64,000 nt of DNA from Clostridiales bacterium UBA1206 (lineage in GTDB: Bacteria; Bacillota; Clostridia; Oscillospirales; CAG-382), in NCBI GenBank assembly GCA_002310055.1, contig DBXS01000034.1, forward strand, positions 69,153 through 133,152, in the 5' to 3' direction. The notes under the pieces are model-generated. The model did not search any database, was not told the origin of the DNA, and saw only the letters and a list, made by a program, of their open reading frames with translations. Positions within the stretch are counted from its first letter, which is position 1, and every line of letters starts with the position of its first letter. The position numbers and the translations under genes were made by a program. This document shows, piece after piece, positions 28,999 through 36,722 of this stretch.

Positions 28999-29853
28999 TC
29001 AGGCGAATATGCCTGTAATGTCTACTATCAGACCTCCCACGACGCCGACCGCGTAAAGCAGCGTGGTTATCAAGACGTTTTGCTTTAAATTCTTATTGAC
29101 ACGGTAAAGTACGAGCAGACCGACTCCGGCGCCCACGAAAAGGCCGGCCATCATACTGCCGAAATTGATCACGCCCTCCAGATACAGTTCGGTTATCATA
29201 ACGGAAGCCGCGCAGTTGGGTATAAGGCCGACAAGCCCTGAAATGAACTCGCCGACGACGGGGATATTTAAGAAAATATGTTTGAGATTATCCTCGCCTA
29301 TAAGGAATATCGCCGTGTTGAGCACGAAAACGAACAGAAAGATATATATTGTTATGCTGAGCGTGTGCCTAAGCGCGGAGACCCAGATGCCGTTTTCGCA
29401 ATGGCAGTGGTCGTGTTCGCACAGGTCGTGGATATGGTCTCCGCTTTCCTGTGCTTTCCTGCGCGCGAAAAGGTCTATGACGATGCCGCATATCATACCG
29501 AACACGAGCTTGATCCCTATAACGGTGAAAACGATCTCGAGCTTGGTGCCGTGGGAGATCATTATAGGCAGCATTTCGTCGGACGTTGAAAGATAGATCG
29601 CGATCAGCGTGCCGACAGATATCACGCGACCGGCAAAGAGCCCGGATGCAGCCGCCGAAAATCCGCATTGCGGAACGCAGCCGCACAGCGAACCGATGAC
29701 CGGCATGAACCATTTGCGTTTGCCGTTTTCCAGCGCGTGCTGCATTTTTTCGCCTATACGGTGTTCGAGATATTCCATAAGCAGATACGTTACAAACAGA
29801 AAAGGTATCAGTTTTGCCGTATCTAAAAGAGTGTCTAAAATTACGTCAGTCAT
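28999..29853 (-). CDS. polytopic membrane permease, ArsP_2 / putative metal-transporter-like family
   Basis: 284 aa. ILDTLLDTAKLIPFLFVTYLLMEYLEH, a CGCVPQCGFS cysteine motif and a His/Cys-rich loop (HIHDLCEHDHCHCENG). The family name is recalled from memory. Confidence 0.55.
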   Translation of the reverse strand: MTDVILDTLLDTAKLIPFLFVTYLLMEYLEHRIGEKMQHALENGKRKWFMPVIGSLCGCVPQCGFSAAASGLFAGRVISVGTLIAIYLSTSDEMLPIMISHGTKLEIVFTVIGIKLVFGMICGIVIDLFARRKAQESGDHIHDLCEHDHCHCENGIWVSALRHTLSITIYIFLFVFVLNTAIFLIGEDNLKHIFLNIPVVGEFISGLVGLIPNCAASVMITELYLEGVINFGSMMAGLFVGAGVGLLVLYRVNKNLKQNVLITTLLYAVGVVGGLIVDITGIFA

Positions 29854-29949
29854 TTGCGTGCCTTTACTTTATAATTTACAGTACATTATAGCACAAAATA
29901 TAAAAAAGTCAATATCTTTGCCGCTTGCCCAAAAATAATGAAAAAACGC

Positions 29950-29978
29950 TTGACAATTCCGTTTTGTTGTGATATTAT
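29950..29978 (+). promoter_or_regulatory. sigma-A-type promoter for tRNA-Arg (TTGACA-17-TATTAT, TGTGa extended -10)
   Basis: ttgacaattccgttttgttgtgaTATTAT, 25 nt upstream of the tRNA. Confidence 0.6.
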
Positions 29979-30002
29979 ATGTCTTGCTCGAAAAACGAGT
30001 AT

Positions 30003-30079
<77 letters not shown>

Positions 30080-30080
30080 T

Positions 30081-30119
30081 GCAAAAAGCGTCTTTTGTCA
30101 AACAAAAGACGCTTTTTGC
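30081..30119 (+). terminator. terminator hairpin after tRNA-Arg (perfect 17-bp stem)
   Basis: gcaaaaagcgtcttttg-tcaaa-caaaagacgctttttgc. Confidence 0.65.
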
Positions 30120-30281
30120 AATGTTATCCGTTAATTATTTGCGCTCTTTCTTTGGTAGGGTTTACAAATACTCTCTTTTCACGGTTTCAAAGCACCTAAC
30201 GGGTGTTTTTCTTTTCATTATCGCGCATCTCAAAAGCCAAAATCCTTACCGCTTCATATGCCGAAAATAGCAACGCCGGTA

Positions 30282-30310
30282 TTGACAAATTTGTCGATTT
30301 GTGCTATATA
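30282..30310 (+). promoter_or_regulatory. sigma-A-type promoter for the pilus-like operon (TTGACA-17-TATATA, TGTGc extended -10)
   Basis: ttgacaaatttgtcgatttgtgcTATATA, about 70 nt upstream of the first prepilin ATG. Confidence 0.6.
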
Positions 30311-30380
30311 TAATATGATATACAGGAGTAATATGTTCATTTGACGTACAACTGTAGTTTTATGAAAGGAGCGCGGTATT

Positions 30381-30902
30381 ATGCATCGTCGTATAGGCAA
30401 ACGGCCGGTATCTTTAAGACGCGGCGTTACGCTTGTGGAACTCTGTATAGTGCTTGCGCTTATTTCCGTTGTTACGGTGATGGTCACTTCGTTTACCGTG
30501 CTCACGCGTTCTTACGCGTATAAGGCCTCGCGCGAAAACGGCATACGCCTTTCGCTAAACGCCGTAGAGCACGCGTTCGACACCTGGGTTTCCGCTTTTG
30601 ACGATTCCGATAATGAGTTTTCCGCCGATGGAAGCGCTTTAAACGTGAACACAACAGAAACTTTGCGATTTGATGACAATGCTAAGCGCTTTACTGGTTC
30701 GACAGATAAATACGACATTGCGATAGACTTTGATGTTGAAAATATTGAAAGCGTCAGTTTCAGTATCGAAGGATCTAATGGAGCTGTCTGCCTTATAAAA
30801 TGTGAAGTTACGTATATTCTTGATGACGGCGTAGAAGAAACGATCGCTTTTCTTCGCGCGACGCGCGCAGCTAAGAAAGCCGTAACTGAGGGAGGCGATT
30901 GA
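30381..30902 (+). CDS. prepilin-type N-terminal cleavage/methylation-domain protein (pilin/pseudopilin 1)
   Basis: 173 aa. A basic 15-aa leader MHRRIGKRPVSLRRG is followed by VTLVELCIVLALISVVTVMV, with Glu at +5 and a hydrophobic helix. AAGGAG RBS. Confidence 0.75.
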   Translation: MHRRIGKRPVSLRRGVTLVELCIVLALISVVTVMVTSFTVLTRSYAYKASRENGIRLSLNAVEHAFDTWVSAFDDSDNEFSADGSALNVNTTETLRFDDNAKRFTGSTDKYDIAIDFDVENIESVSFSIEGSNGAVCLIKCEVTYILDDGVEETIAFLRATRAAKKAVTEGGD

Positions 30903-30903
30903 T

Positions 30904-31281
30904 ATGGGGATATTCAAGCGCCTTTTCAGGAAAAAGAGTCACTGCGGCAAGCGCGGCATGACTGTAGGCGAAGTGATAATCGCGATCGCTGTTATCGTTA
31001 TAGTCACAATCTCCGCCGCTTATACCATCCGTATGAGCGCCTCGGCGACCTCCCGTGATTTCAACTACGAGCGAGCTCGCATTGCCGCCAGAAATTCTTT
31101 GGAAGAGTTCAAGTATTACGATACAACAAGATATGTGGAACAGTTCGGCGATCATTATACGGAGCAGTTCGGCAACTATACGTTATATATCTATATCGAG
31201 GTTTCACGCAACAACTACAAAGCTTGGATCACTTACGACGGTGAAAGTAATTTGCTGTTAGATTATACCAAAGGCGGTTAA
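30904..31281 (+). CDS. prepilin-type protein (pseudopilin 2)
   Basis: 125 aa. An 18-aa basic leader ...HCGKRG is followed by MTVGEVIIAIAVIVIVTISAAY (Glu at +5). 1-nt gap to the upstream gene. Confidence 0.65.
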   Translation: MGIFKRLFRKKSHCGKRGMTVGEVIIAIAVIVIVTISAAYTIRMSASATSRDFNYERARIAARNSLEEFKYYDTTRYVEQFGDHYTEQFGNYTLYIYIEVSRNNYKAWITYDGESNLLLDYTKGG

Positions 31282-31282
31282 T

Positions 31283-31690
31283 ATGTTAAAGAATAAAAAG
31301 GGGATCGCAATTGAGACCGCGGTCTTTATGATGATAGTCATCTTTGCGCTATGCACGTTAATTGTGACAATAACGTTGTATTCGCGGCAGCATTCAATAA
31401 AAGCGAATAACGATTTTATAAACCGCGTTAATCTTGATAAGGTGGGCGAGAAGTTTATTGCTGCTTTAAATGCTGCTTTAAAAGAGAATAACGACGCCGA
31501 TTCGTTTGATTTCGACGGAAAAGTATATTCGATCATTTCCGACGGCAACGAACGCATTCTTACCGTTTACGACGATAACGGCAAAGTGGTACTTAACGTC
31601 GTTGCGGAGCCTGACGGTGGCAATTATACAATAAAACGCTGGAGCTGTTTTGAAAAAGCGAGCGAAACTTCGGCGAATCCGGGAGAATAA
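31283..31690 (+). CDS. pseudopilin-like protein 3 (ComGG-like minor pilin?)
   Basis: 135 aa. MLKNKKG then IAIETAVFMMIVIFALCTLIV, where Glu is at +4 if cleavage follows Gly. The C-terminal ...YTIKRWS recalls the ComGG tail. Confidence 0.5.
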   Translation: MLKNKKGIAIETAVFMMIVIFALCTLIVTITLYSRQHSIKANNDFINRVNLDKVGEKFIAALNAALKENNDADSFDFDGKVYSIISDGNERILTVYDDNGKVVLNVVAEPDGGNYTIKRWSCFEKASETSANPGE

Positions 31691-31701
31691 AGGGAAGAAT
31701 T

Positions 31702-32919
31702 ATGGCTGTTAACAATTCATCTTGCATATATATCGACACCCGCGACAAGGCGGTGCATTATTACGGCTCGGTCGGCGGAAGAGCGGTGCACGACGTCGCC
31801 AATTATAATTCGCGCACGCTCGACAGCGCCTTCTTCAACGATTTTACCGAGATACTCGTCGGGTTTATGCGCAAGTATACCCCGGCGCAGGCCGCCAATT
31901 CCACAGTCATACTGCCGGATTCCGTCATTATGACCGATATCATCACGCTGCCCGCGATGAAAAGCAATATTATGCGCGGCACCGTGGAATCGACTCTTTC
32001 CGGCCTTTATAAAAACCGCAAGGAACTGCGGCTCAACACGTTTTACGCCCTGCAGAACAGGCAATATTCAGAAGTGTGCATCTGCGGCGTAAAGGAACTT
32101 CTGATTTCTGCCGTAAAGAACTCCTGCGTCACTTCGCGTTTCAACGCGCAGAACATAACTTTTGCCGCCGAAACTTCGGCGCGCGCCGCCTCCGCGCTCA
32201 ATTCCAAGCTCAAAGGCGCGACGTATCTGCTTTTGGATATCAAAGAGACCTATACCCGCGTGGTTTACGTTTACAAAGGAATGTCTCTTGGCTTTTCGGC
32301 ACTGCCTTTCGGCTATTCCATACTCGAAAAACCCAAGCTCGCGTCCGAGGATATGCTGTTTGACCATTCCGTAGCTGAACTCGCGGTGCTCAACGCGCGC
32401 GAGCGCGCCAAGGCGAGAGCGGTCACGTTTATAGGCGAAGGCATAGTCGACGCCACACAGGTCGTGATACCGCAAAATGACGAAAACGACGAAAACGGCG
32501 AAGAAGACGACGACGCGTTTTCCGGCGGCGACTTTGCCGATCCGGCGCGTCAGCCCGGCACGGTTTATAAGACTCTGCCCAAGAAATCCGCGCGCAAACT
32601 GCCCAAATATATGCTGCGTCCGACGCCCTCTGCCGACGAAGGCGTGGCTGACGAAAACTTTCGCATTTTCGCCAAATGGGCGCTGTGCTATCTTCAGGGG
32701 AATCCAAAGCTCGAAAGCCTCGCGGGCGCAAAAGCGGTGTACGTCAACCTTCCGGAGCACCTCAATCACGTGATAACCGCTATCAACGAAGAACACAGCG
32801 AAAACAAATATCAGTTCCTGCCCGCGTCGTTCGACACGCGCGACGAGTTCGTGCAGCGCAATATAGAGCTGTACGGCGGACTTTTCGTTGGCGGCAGCCG
32901 GAACAACAACGTCTTTTAA
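31702..32919 (+). CDS. PilM-like actin-fold pilus assembly protein with an acidic/basic disordered insertion
   Basis: 405 aa. VILPDSVIMTDIITLPAMKSNIMRGTVESTL... and YLLLDIKETYTRVVYVYKG...LPFGYSIL follow the PilM pattern. The insertion is QNDENDENGEEDDDAFSGGDFADPARQ...KKSARKLPKYMLRP. Confidence 0.55.
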   Translation: MAVNNSSCIYIDTRDKAVHYYGSVGGRAVHDVANYNSRTLDSAFFNDFTEILVGFMRKYTPAQAANSTVILPDSVIMTDIITLPAMKSNIMRGTVESTLSGLYKNRKELRLNTFYALQNRQYSEVCICGVKELLISAVKNSCVTSRFNAQNITFAAETSARAASALNSKLKGATYLLLDIKETYTRVVYVYKGMSLGFSALPFGYSILEKPKLASEDMLFDHSVAELAVLNARERAKARAVTFIGEGIVDATQVVIPQNDENDENGEEDDDAFSGGDFADPARQPGTVYKTLPKKSARKLPKYMLRPTPSADEGVADENFRIFAKWALCYLQGNPKLESLAGAKAVYVNLPEHLNHVITAINEEHSENKYQFLPASFDTRDEFVQRNIELYGGLFVGGSRNNNVF

Positions 32920-32933
32920 GGATCGTACGCGTT

Positions 32934-33737
32934 ATGATCATATCTGTTACCGATCCGTTTTATCTGACCGTTGCGTATATACTCTGCGGTCTGTTGGGAC
33001 TTTGCGTGGGCAGCTTCCTCAACGTAGTCATTTACCGAGTTCCGCTTGGGATGAGCGTGGCGCGCCCCGCGTCGCACTGTCCGGTCTGTTCGGCAAAGAT
33101 ACGCCTGTACGACAATATACCAATCGTTTCGTATATTTTGCTCGGCGGCAAATGCCGCAGCTGCAAATGCCGCATTCCGTTCAGATATACAGCCGTGGAG
33201 GCGCTTAACTGCGCGTTGTGGCTGCTGTGCGTACTCGTTTATCACACCAATCTGATCTTTATGATCATTTCGTGCGCCGTCTGCTCGGTGTGCATATGCG
33301 TTTTCTTTATAGATCTCGAGCATATGATAATCCCCGACCGCTTTCAGGTGATACTCGGAGTTCTCGCCGTTACAAGCGTGTTTTTCGATACCGAATACGA
33401 CTGGCTTTCACATCTTATAGGACTCGCAGCGGCGCTTGTCGTATTCATCGCGGTGGGATACGCGGTGAGCAGGTATAAAAAGCGCGAATCGCTCGGCGGC
33501 GGCGACATAAAATTTGCCGCCTGCGCCGGACTTCTGCTCGGCTGGCAGAGGTTCATACTTATGATGCTCATCGCATCCGTGAGCGCAAGCGTCGTGCTGC
33601 TTATCAAATCAAAACGTTCAAAAGACGAAACGTCTAAAGAATACCCGTTCGGGCCTTTCCTCGCAACGGGCGCCGTATTGGCACTGCTGTTCGGTCATTA
33701 TGTGATCGAATGGTATATTAAGCTGCTTGTCGGCTGA
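32934..33737 (+). CDS. pilD: prepilin peptidase (A24 family, PilD/ComC type)
   Basis: Internal ATG at 32934. GLCVGSFLNVVIYRVP, the Zn-finger CPVCSAKIRLYDNIPIVSYILLGGKCRSCKC, and GGGDIKFAA (catalytic Asp motif). Confidence 0.9.
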   Translation: MIISVTDPFYLTVAYILCGLLGLCVGSFLNVVIYRVPLGMSVARPASHCPVCSAKIRLYDNIPIVSYILLGGKCRSCKCRIPFRYTAVEALNCALWLLCVLVYHTNLIFMIISCAVCSVCICVFFIDLEHMIIPDRFQVILGVLAVTSVFFDTEYDWLSHLIGLAAALVVFIAVGYAVSRYKKRESLGGGDIKFAACAGLLLGWQRFILMMLIASVSASVVLLIKSKRSKDETSKEYPFGPFLATGAVLALLFGHYVIEWYIKLLVG

Positions 33738-33767
33738 AATTCCTGTATTCTCGAAAGGGCTTTTCTG

Positions 33768-34979
33768 ATGCAGCAATTCAAATACACGGCTATCAATCTT
33801 CAAAACGAAAAGATAACGGGCAACTTCATCGCCGCCGACGAGCAGGATCTCGCGGTCCAGCTTTCCAAGCAGGGGCTGTATCTGCTTTCCGCAACTCCGT
33901 ACAGCGGCAAGTCGCCTTCCGCGTTCTTTACTACCGGTACCGGCAAAGTCAAACTTTCCGAACTCACGGCGTTCTGCCGCCAGTATTCCATAATGCTTAA
34001 TTCCGGCATATCGCTGCTTAACGGTATAGAGATATTGAAAGAGCAGAGCTTTTCGCGCTATTTCAGGTCTCTCTTGCAAGTCGTTTACGAAGACGTCAAG
34101 ACCGGCGTGATGCTTTCCGACGCGATGGCGAAGCACAAGCGCGTTTTCCCGGATTTCTTTCGCAGTATGATAAAAGTCGGCGAGCTCGGCGGAAGGCTCG
34201 ATATCGTTATGAATTCGCTTGCCGATTATTACGAGCGCGACAGGGCGATAAAGAAAAAAGTCAGCAGCGCTTTCGCTTACCCCATAATGCTGGCGCTGAT
34301 GACGGTCGGCATCGTCGTCCTTATGCTCGCGTTCGTCATACCCACGTTCCGCAAAACGTTCGCCGAGCTGAATATGGAAGTCACCGGACTGACCAAAGCG
34401 GTGTATTCGATTTCTGATTTTCTAATGAATTACTGGGCGTTTATGCTTTTGGGCGTCGTGCTTCTGGTGGGTATATTCCTTATAGTCAGAAAGACAAAAA
34501 AGGGAAGGTATTTCATCGACTGGTACAAAATGCACGGCCCGTTCGTAAAGAAAGTCTACCGCGAACTTATTACCGCCCGATTTGCAAGAGGTTTCGGCCT
34601 GCTGCTTTCAAGCGGTATGGATATGACCGAGGCGATGAAATCGGTGGTCATAGTTTTCGGCAATAAATACGTCGAAGAACGCTTCAACAAAGCCGCTGAC
34701 GACGTCTGCCACGGCGTTTCGCTCGCCGTCGCTTTCGACAGGCAAAAGCTGTTCCCGGACATTATGCTGCAGATGATCGCCATAGGCGAACGCACCGGTT
34801 CGCTCGACGAAGTGCTCACGCGCTCCTGCACTTTCTTCGACGACGCCGTTGAGACAACGCTCACGCGCGTGACGACCAGGATACAGCCCATTATGCTCGT
34901 TATACTTGCCATTGTCGTGGCGCTGCTGTTCCTTGCAGTATACTCTCCTATGCTTTCAATAATGAACGTCCTTCACTGA
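33768..34979 (+). CDS. pilC: type II secretion system F-family platform protein (PilC/ComGB type)
   Basis: 403 aa with two T2SSF repeats (SGISLLNGIEIL..., MIKVGELGGRLD / MIAIGERTGSLD). Confidence 0.9.
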   Translation: MQQFKYTAINLQNEKITGNFIAADEQDLAVQLSKQGLYLLSATPYSGKSPSAFFTTGTGKVKLSELTAFCRQYSIMLNSGISLLNGIEILKEQSFSRYFRSLLQVVYEDVKTGVMLSDAMAKHKRVFPDFFRSMIKVGELGGRLDIVMNSLADYYERDRAIKKKVSSAFAYPIMLALMTVGIVVLMLAFVIPTFRKTFAELNMEVTGLTKAVYSISDFLMNYWAFMLLGVVLLVGIFLIVRKTKKGRYFIDWYKMHGPFVKKVYRELITARFARGFGLLLSSGMDMTEAMKSVVIVFGNKYVEERFNKAADDVCHGVSLAVAFDRQKLFPDIMLQMIAIGERTGSLDEVLTRSCTFFDDAVETTLTRVTTRIQPIMLVILAIVVALLFLAVYSPMLSIMNVLH

Positions 34980-35012
34980 ACATAAATTCGCCGCATTTTC
35001 AGAGGTTTTCCA

Positions 35013-36701
35013 ATGAACATTGATTACGACCTTTTACAGTTTTACGTCTATAAAAGAATAATCGACAGAAAAGACGTCGACGAGATACTTTCGGAAAGCA
35101 AGCGCCTCAAAACGCCCGTGCGTGACTATCTGCTCGCCAAGGAATACACCACCGAAACGACCGAGCTCGAAGCGCTTGCCGAGTATTACTGTATGCCTTT
35201 TATAGAGCTCGATATGCTCGATATCGACCAGACGCTGTTCGAACGTTTTTCTTTCGACTATATGAAGAAAAACAAGTTCATACCGGTAAGTATCGAAAAG
35301 AACGGCGTACTCATAATTGCGGTAGGCAAACCGCTCGATTTCAACGCTATGACCGCGTACTCCGCCGCTTTTGACTGTCCCGTTGATTTTATCCTCACGC
35401 CGCCCATACAGATCGACCGTTATATCGATTCCATCGCAACTGTCATTTCCACGTCCGACGCGTTGAAGGATATAAACACCGAAAACGACGACCGTCTGTT
35501 TGCGGGGCTCCGGAACGCCACCGCTTCCATATCTTCCGCCGACGACGTGGTGAACAATCCGTCTGTCCGGCTCGTCGATTCTATTATAAAAGAAGCCATA
35601 CCTTACCGCGCGTCCGATATCCATATTGAACCGTTTGAAAAACGCGTACGCGTGCGTTACCGTATAGACGGCGACCTGCAGGAACGCGCCAATTTCCCGA
35701 TCGAAGCGTACCCCGCGATATGCGCCCGCATAAAGATAATGGCGGGGCTTAATATCGCCGAACGCCGCGTGCCGCAGGACGGCAGGATCAATATGCGGAT
35801 AAGCGGCAAGGATTACGACTTTCGCGTTTCGTCGCTGCCTTCGGTCCACGGCGAAAAGTTCGTTATACGTATACTCGATAAATCTTCGTTCCGGTTCACA
35901 CGTTCCGAACTCGGCTTCACCGACGAGGAAAACAAGATAGTCGATAAAATGCTTATGCGCCCGCACGGCATAATCCTGCTCACAGGCCCCACCGGATGCG
36001 GTAAATCCACAACGCTTTACTCTTTCCTCAAAGAAGTAAACGTTCCCACCGTCAATATAATCACGGTCGAAGACCCTGTCGAATACACGATGGCAGGGAT
36101 CACGCAGACCCAGGTCAACACCAAGACCAATATGACGTTCGCCACGGCGCTGCGTTCGATACTCCGTCAGGACCCCGATATCATAATGATAGGCGAGATA
36201 CGCGACGAGGAGACCGCCGAGATCGCCGTGCGTTCGGCAATAACCGGCCACCTCGTCTTCAGCACACTCCACACCAACGACGCTCCCGGCGCCGTTACGC
36301 GTCTCGAAGATATGCACGTTCCCGACTATCTCGTCGCGGACGCGCTGGTTGGCGTTATTGCGCAGAGGCTCGTAAAACACCTTTGCCCCGCCTGCAAGAA
36401 GCGCGGCAAGACCAACGCAAAGGAAATGGAAATACTGGGCATTGACGAGCCCGTGAGCATCTACAGGCCGCAAGGATGTCAGTTCTGCAACAACACCGGT
36501 TATAAAGGCCGCGTCGCGATACACGAGATCCTTTATATCGACGAGAATATGAAAAACATCATTGCGCAGAACAAGAACTCCGAATCGCTGCGCACCGCGG
36601 CGGCCCAGAACGGTATGATCAAGCTGTGGGATTCTTGCAGGAATCTCGTTCTTAAAGGGACGACCAGTATTCAGGAACTGATGACGCTCAACATCGAATA
36701 A
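35013..36701 (+). CDS. pilB: type IV pilus assembly ATPase (GspE/PilB family) with N-terminal T2SSE_N domain
   Basis: 562 aa. Walker A GPTGCGKSTT, Asp box, Walker B IIMIGEIRD, His box STLHTND, and a tetracysteine CPACKK...CQFC. Confidence 0.93.
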   Translation: MNIDYDLLQFYVYKRIIDRKDVDEILSESKRLKTPVRDYLLAKEYTTETTELEALAEYYCMPFIELDMLDIDQTLFERFSFDYMKKNKFIPVSIEKNGVLIIAVGKPLDFNAMTAYSAAFDCPVDFILTPPIQIDRYIDSIATVISTSDALKDINTENDDRLFAGLRNATASISSADDVVNNPSVRLVDSIIKEAIPYRASDIHIEPFEKRVRVRYRIDGDLQERANFPIEAYPAICARIKIMAGLNIAERRVPQDGRINMRISGKDYDFRVSSLPSVHGEKFVIRILDKSSFRFTRSELGFTDEENKIVDKMLMRPHGIILLTGPTGCGKSTTLYSFLKEVNVPTVNIITVEDPVEYTMAGITQTQVNTKTNMTFATALRSILRQDPDIIMIGEIRDEETAEIAVRSAITGHLVFSTLHTNDAPGAVTRLEDMHVPDYLVADALVGVIAQRLVKHLCPACKKRGKTNAKEMEILGIDEPVSIYRPQGCQFCNNTGYKGRVAIHEILYIDENMKNIIAQNKNSESLRTAAAQNGMIKLWDSCRNLVLKGTTSIQELMTLNIE

Positions 36702-36722
36702 TTCCAGGGAGGTAAAAAGCCA

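Noticed and set aside
30333-30344. Three-codon micro-ORF (ATG TTC ATT TGA) behind an AGGAG in the pilus-operon leader.
   Set aside because: The spacing from the RBS is only 4 nt and the ORF is too short to separate from chance. I saw no attenuator-like alternative structures around it.
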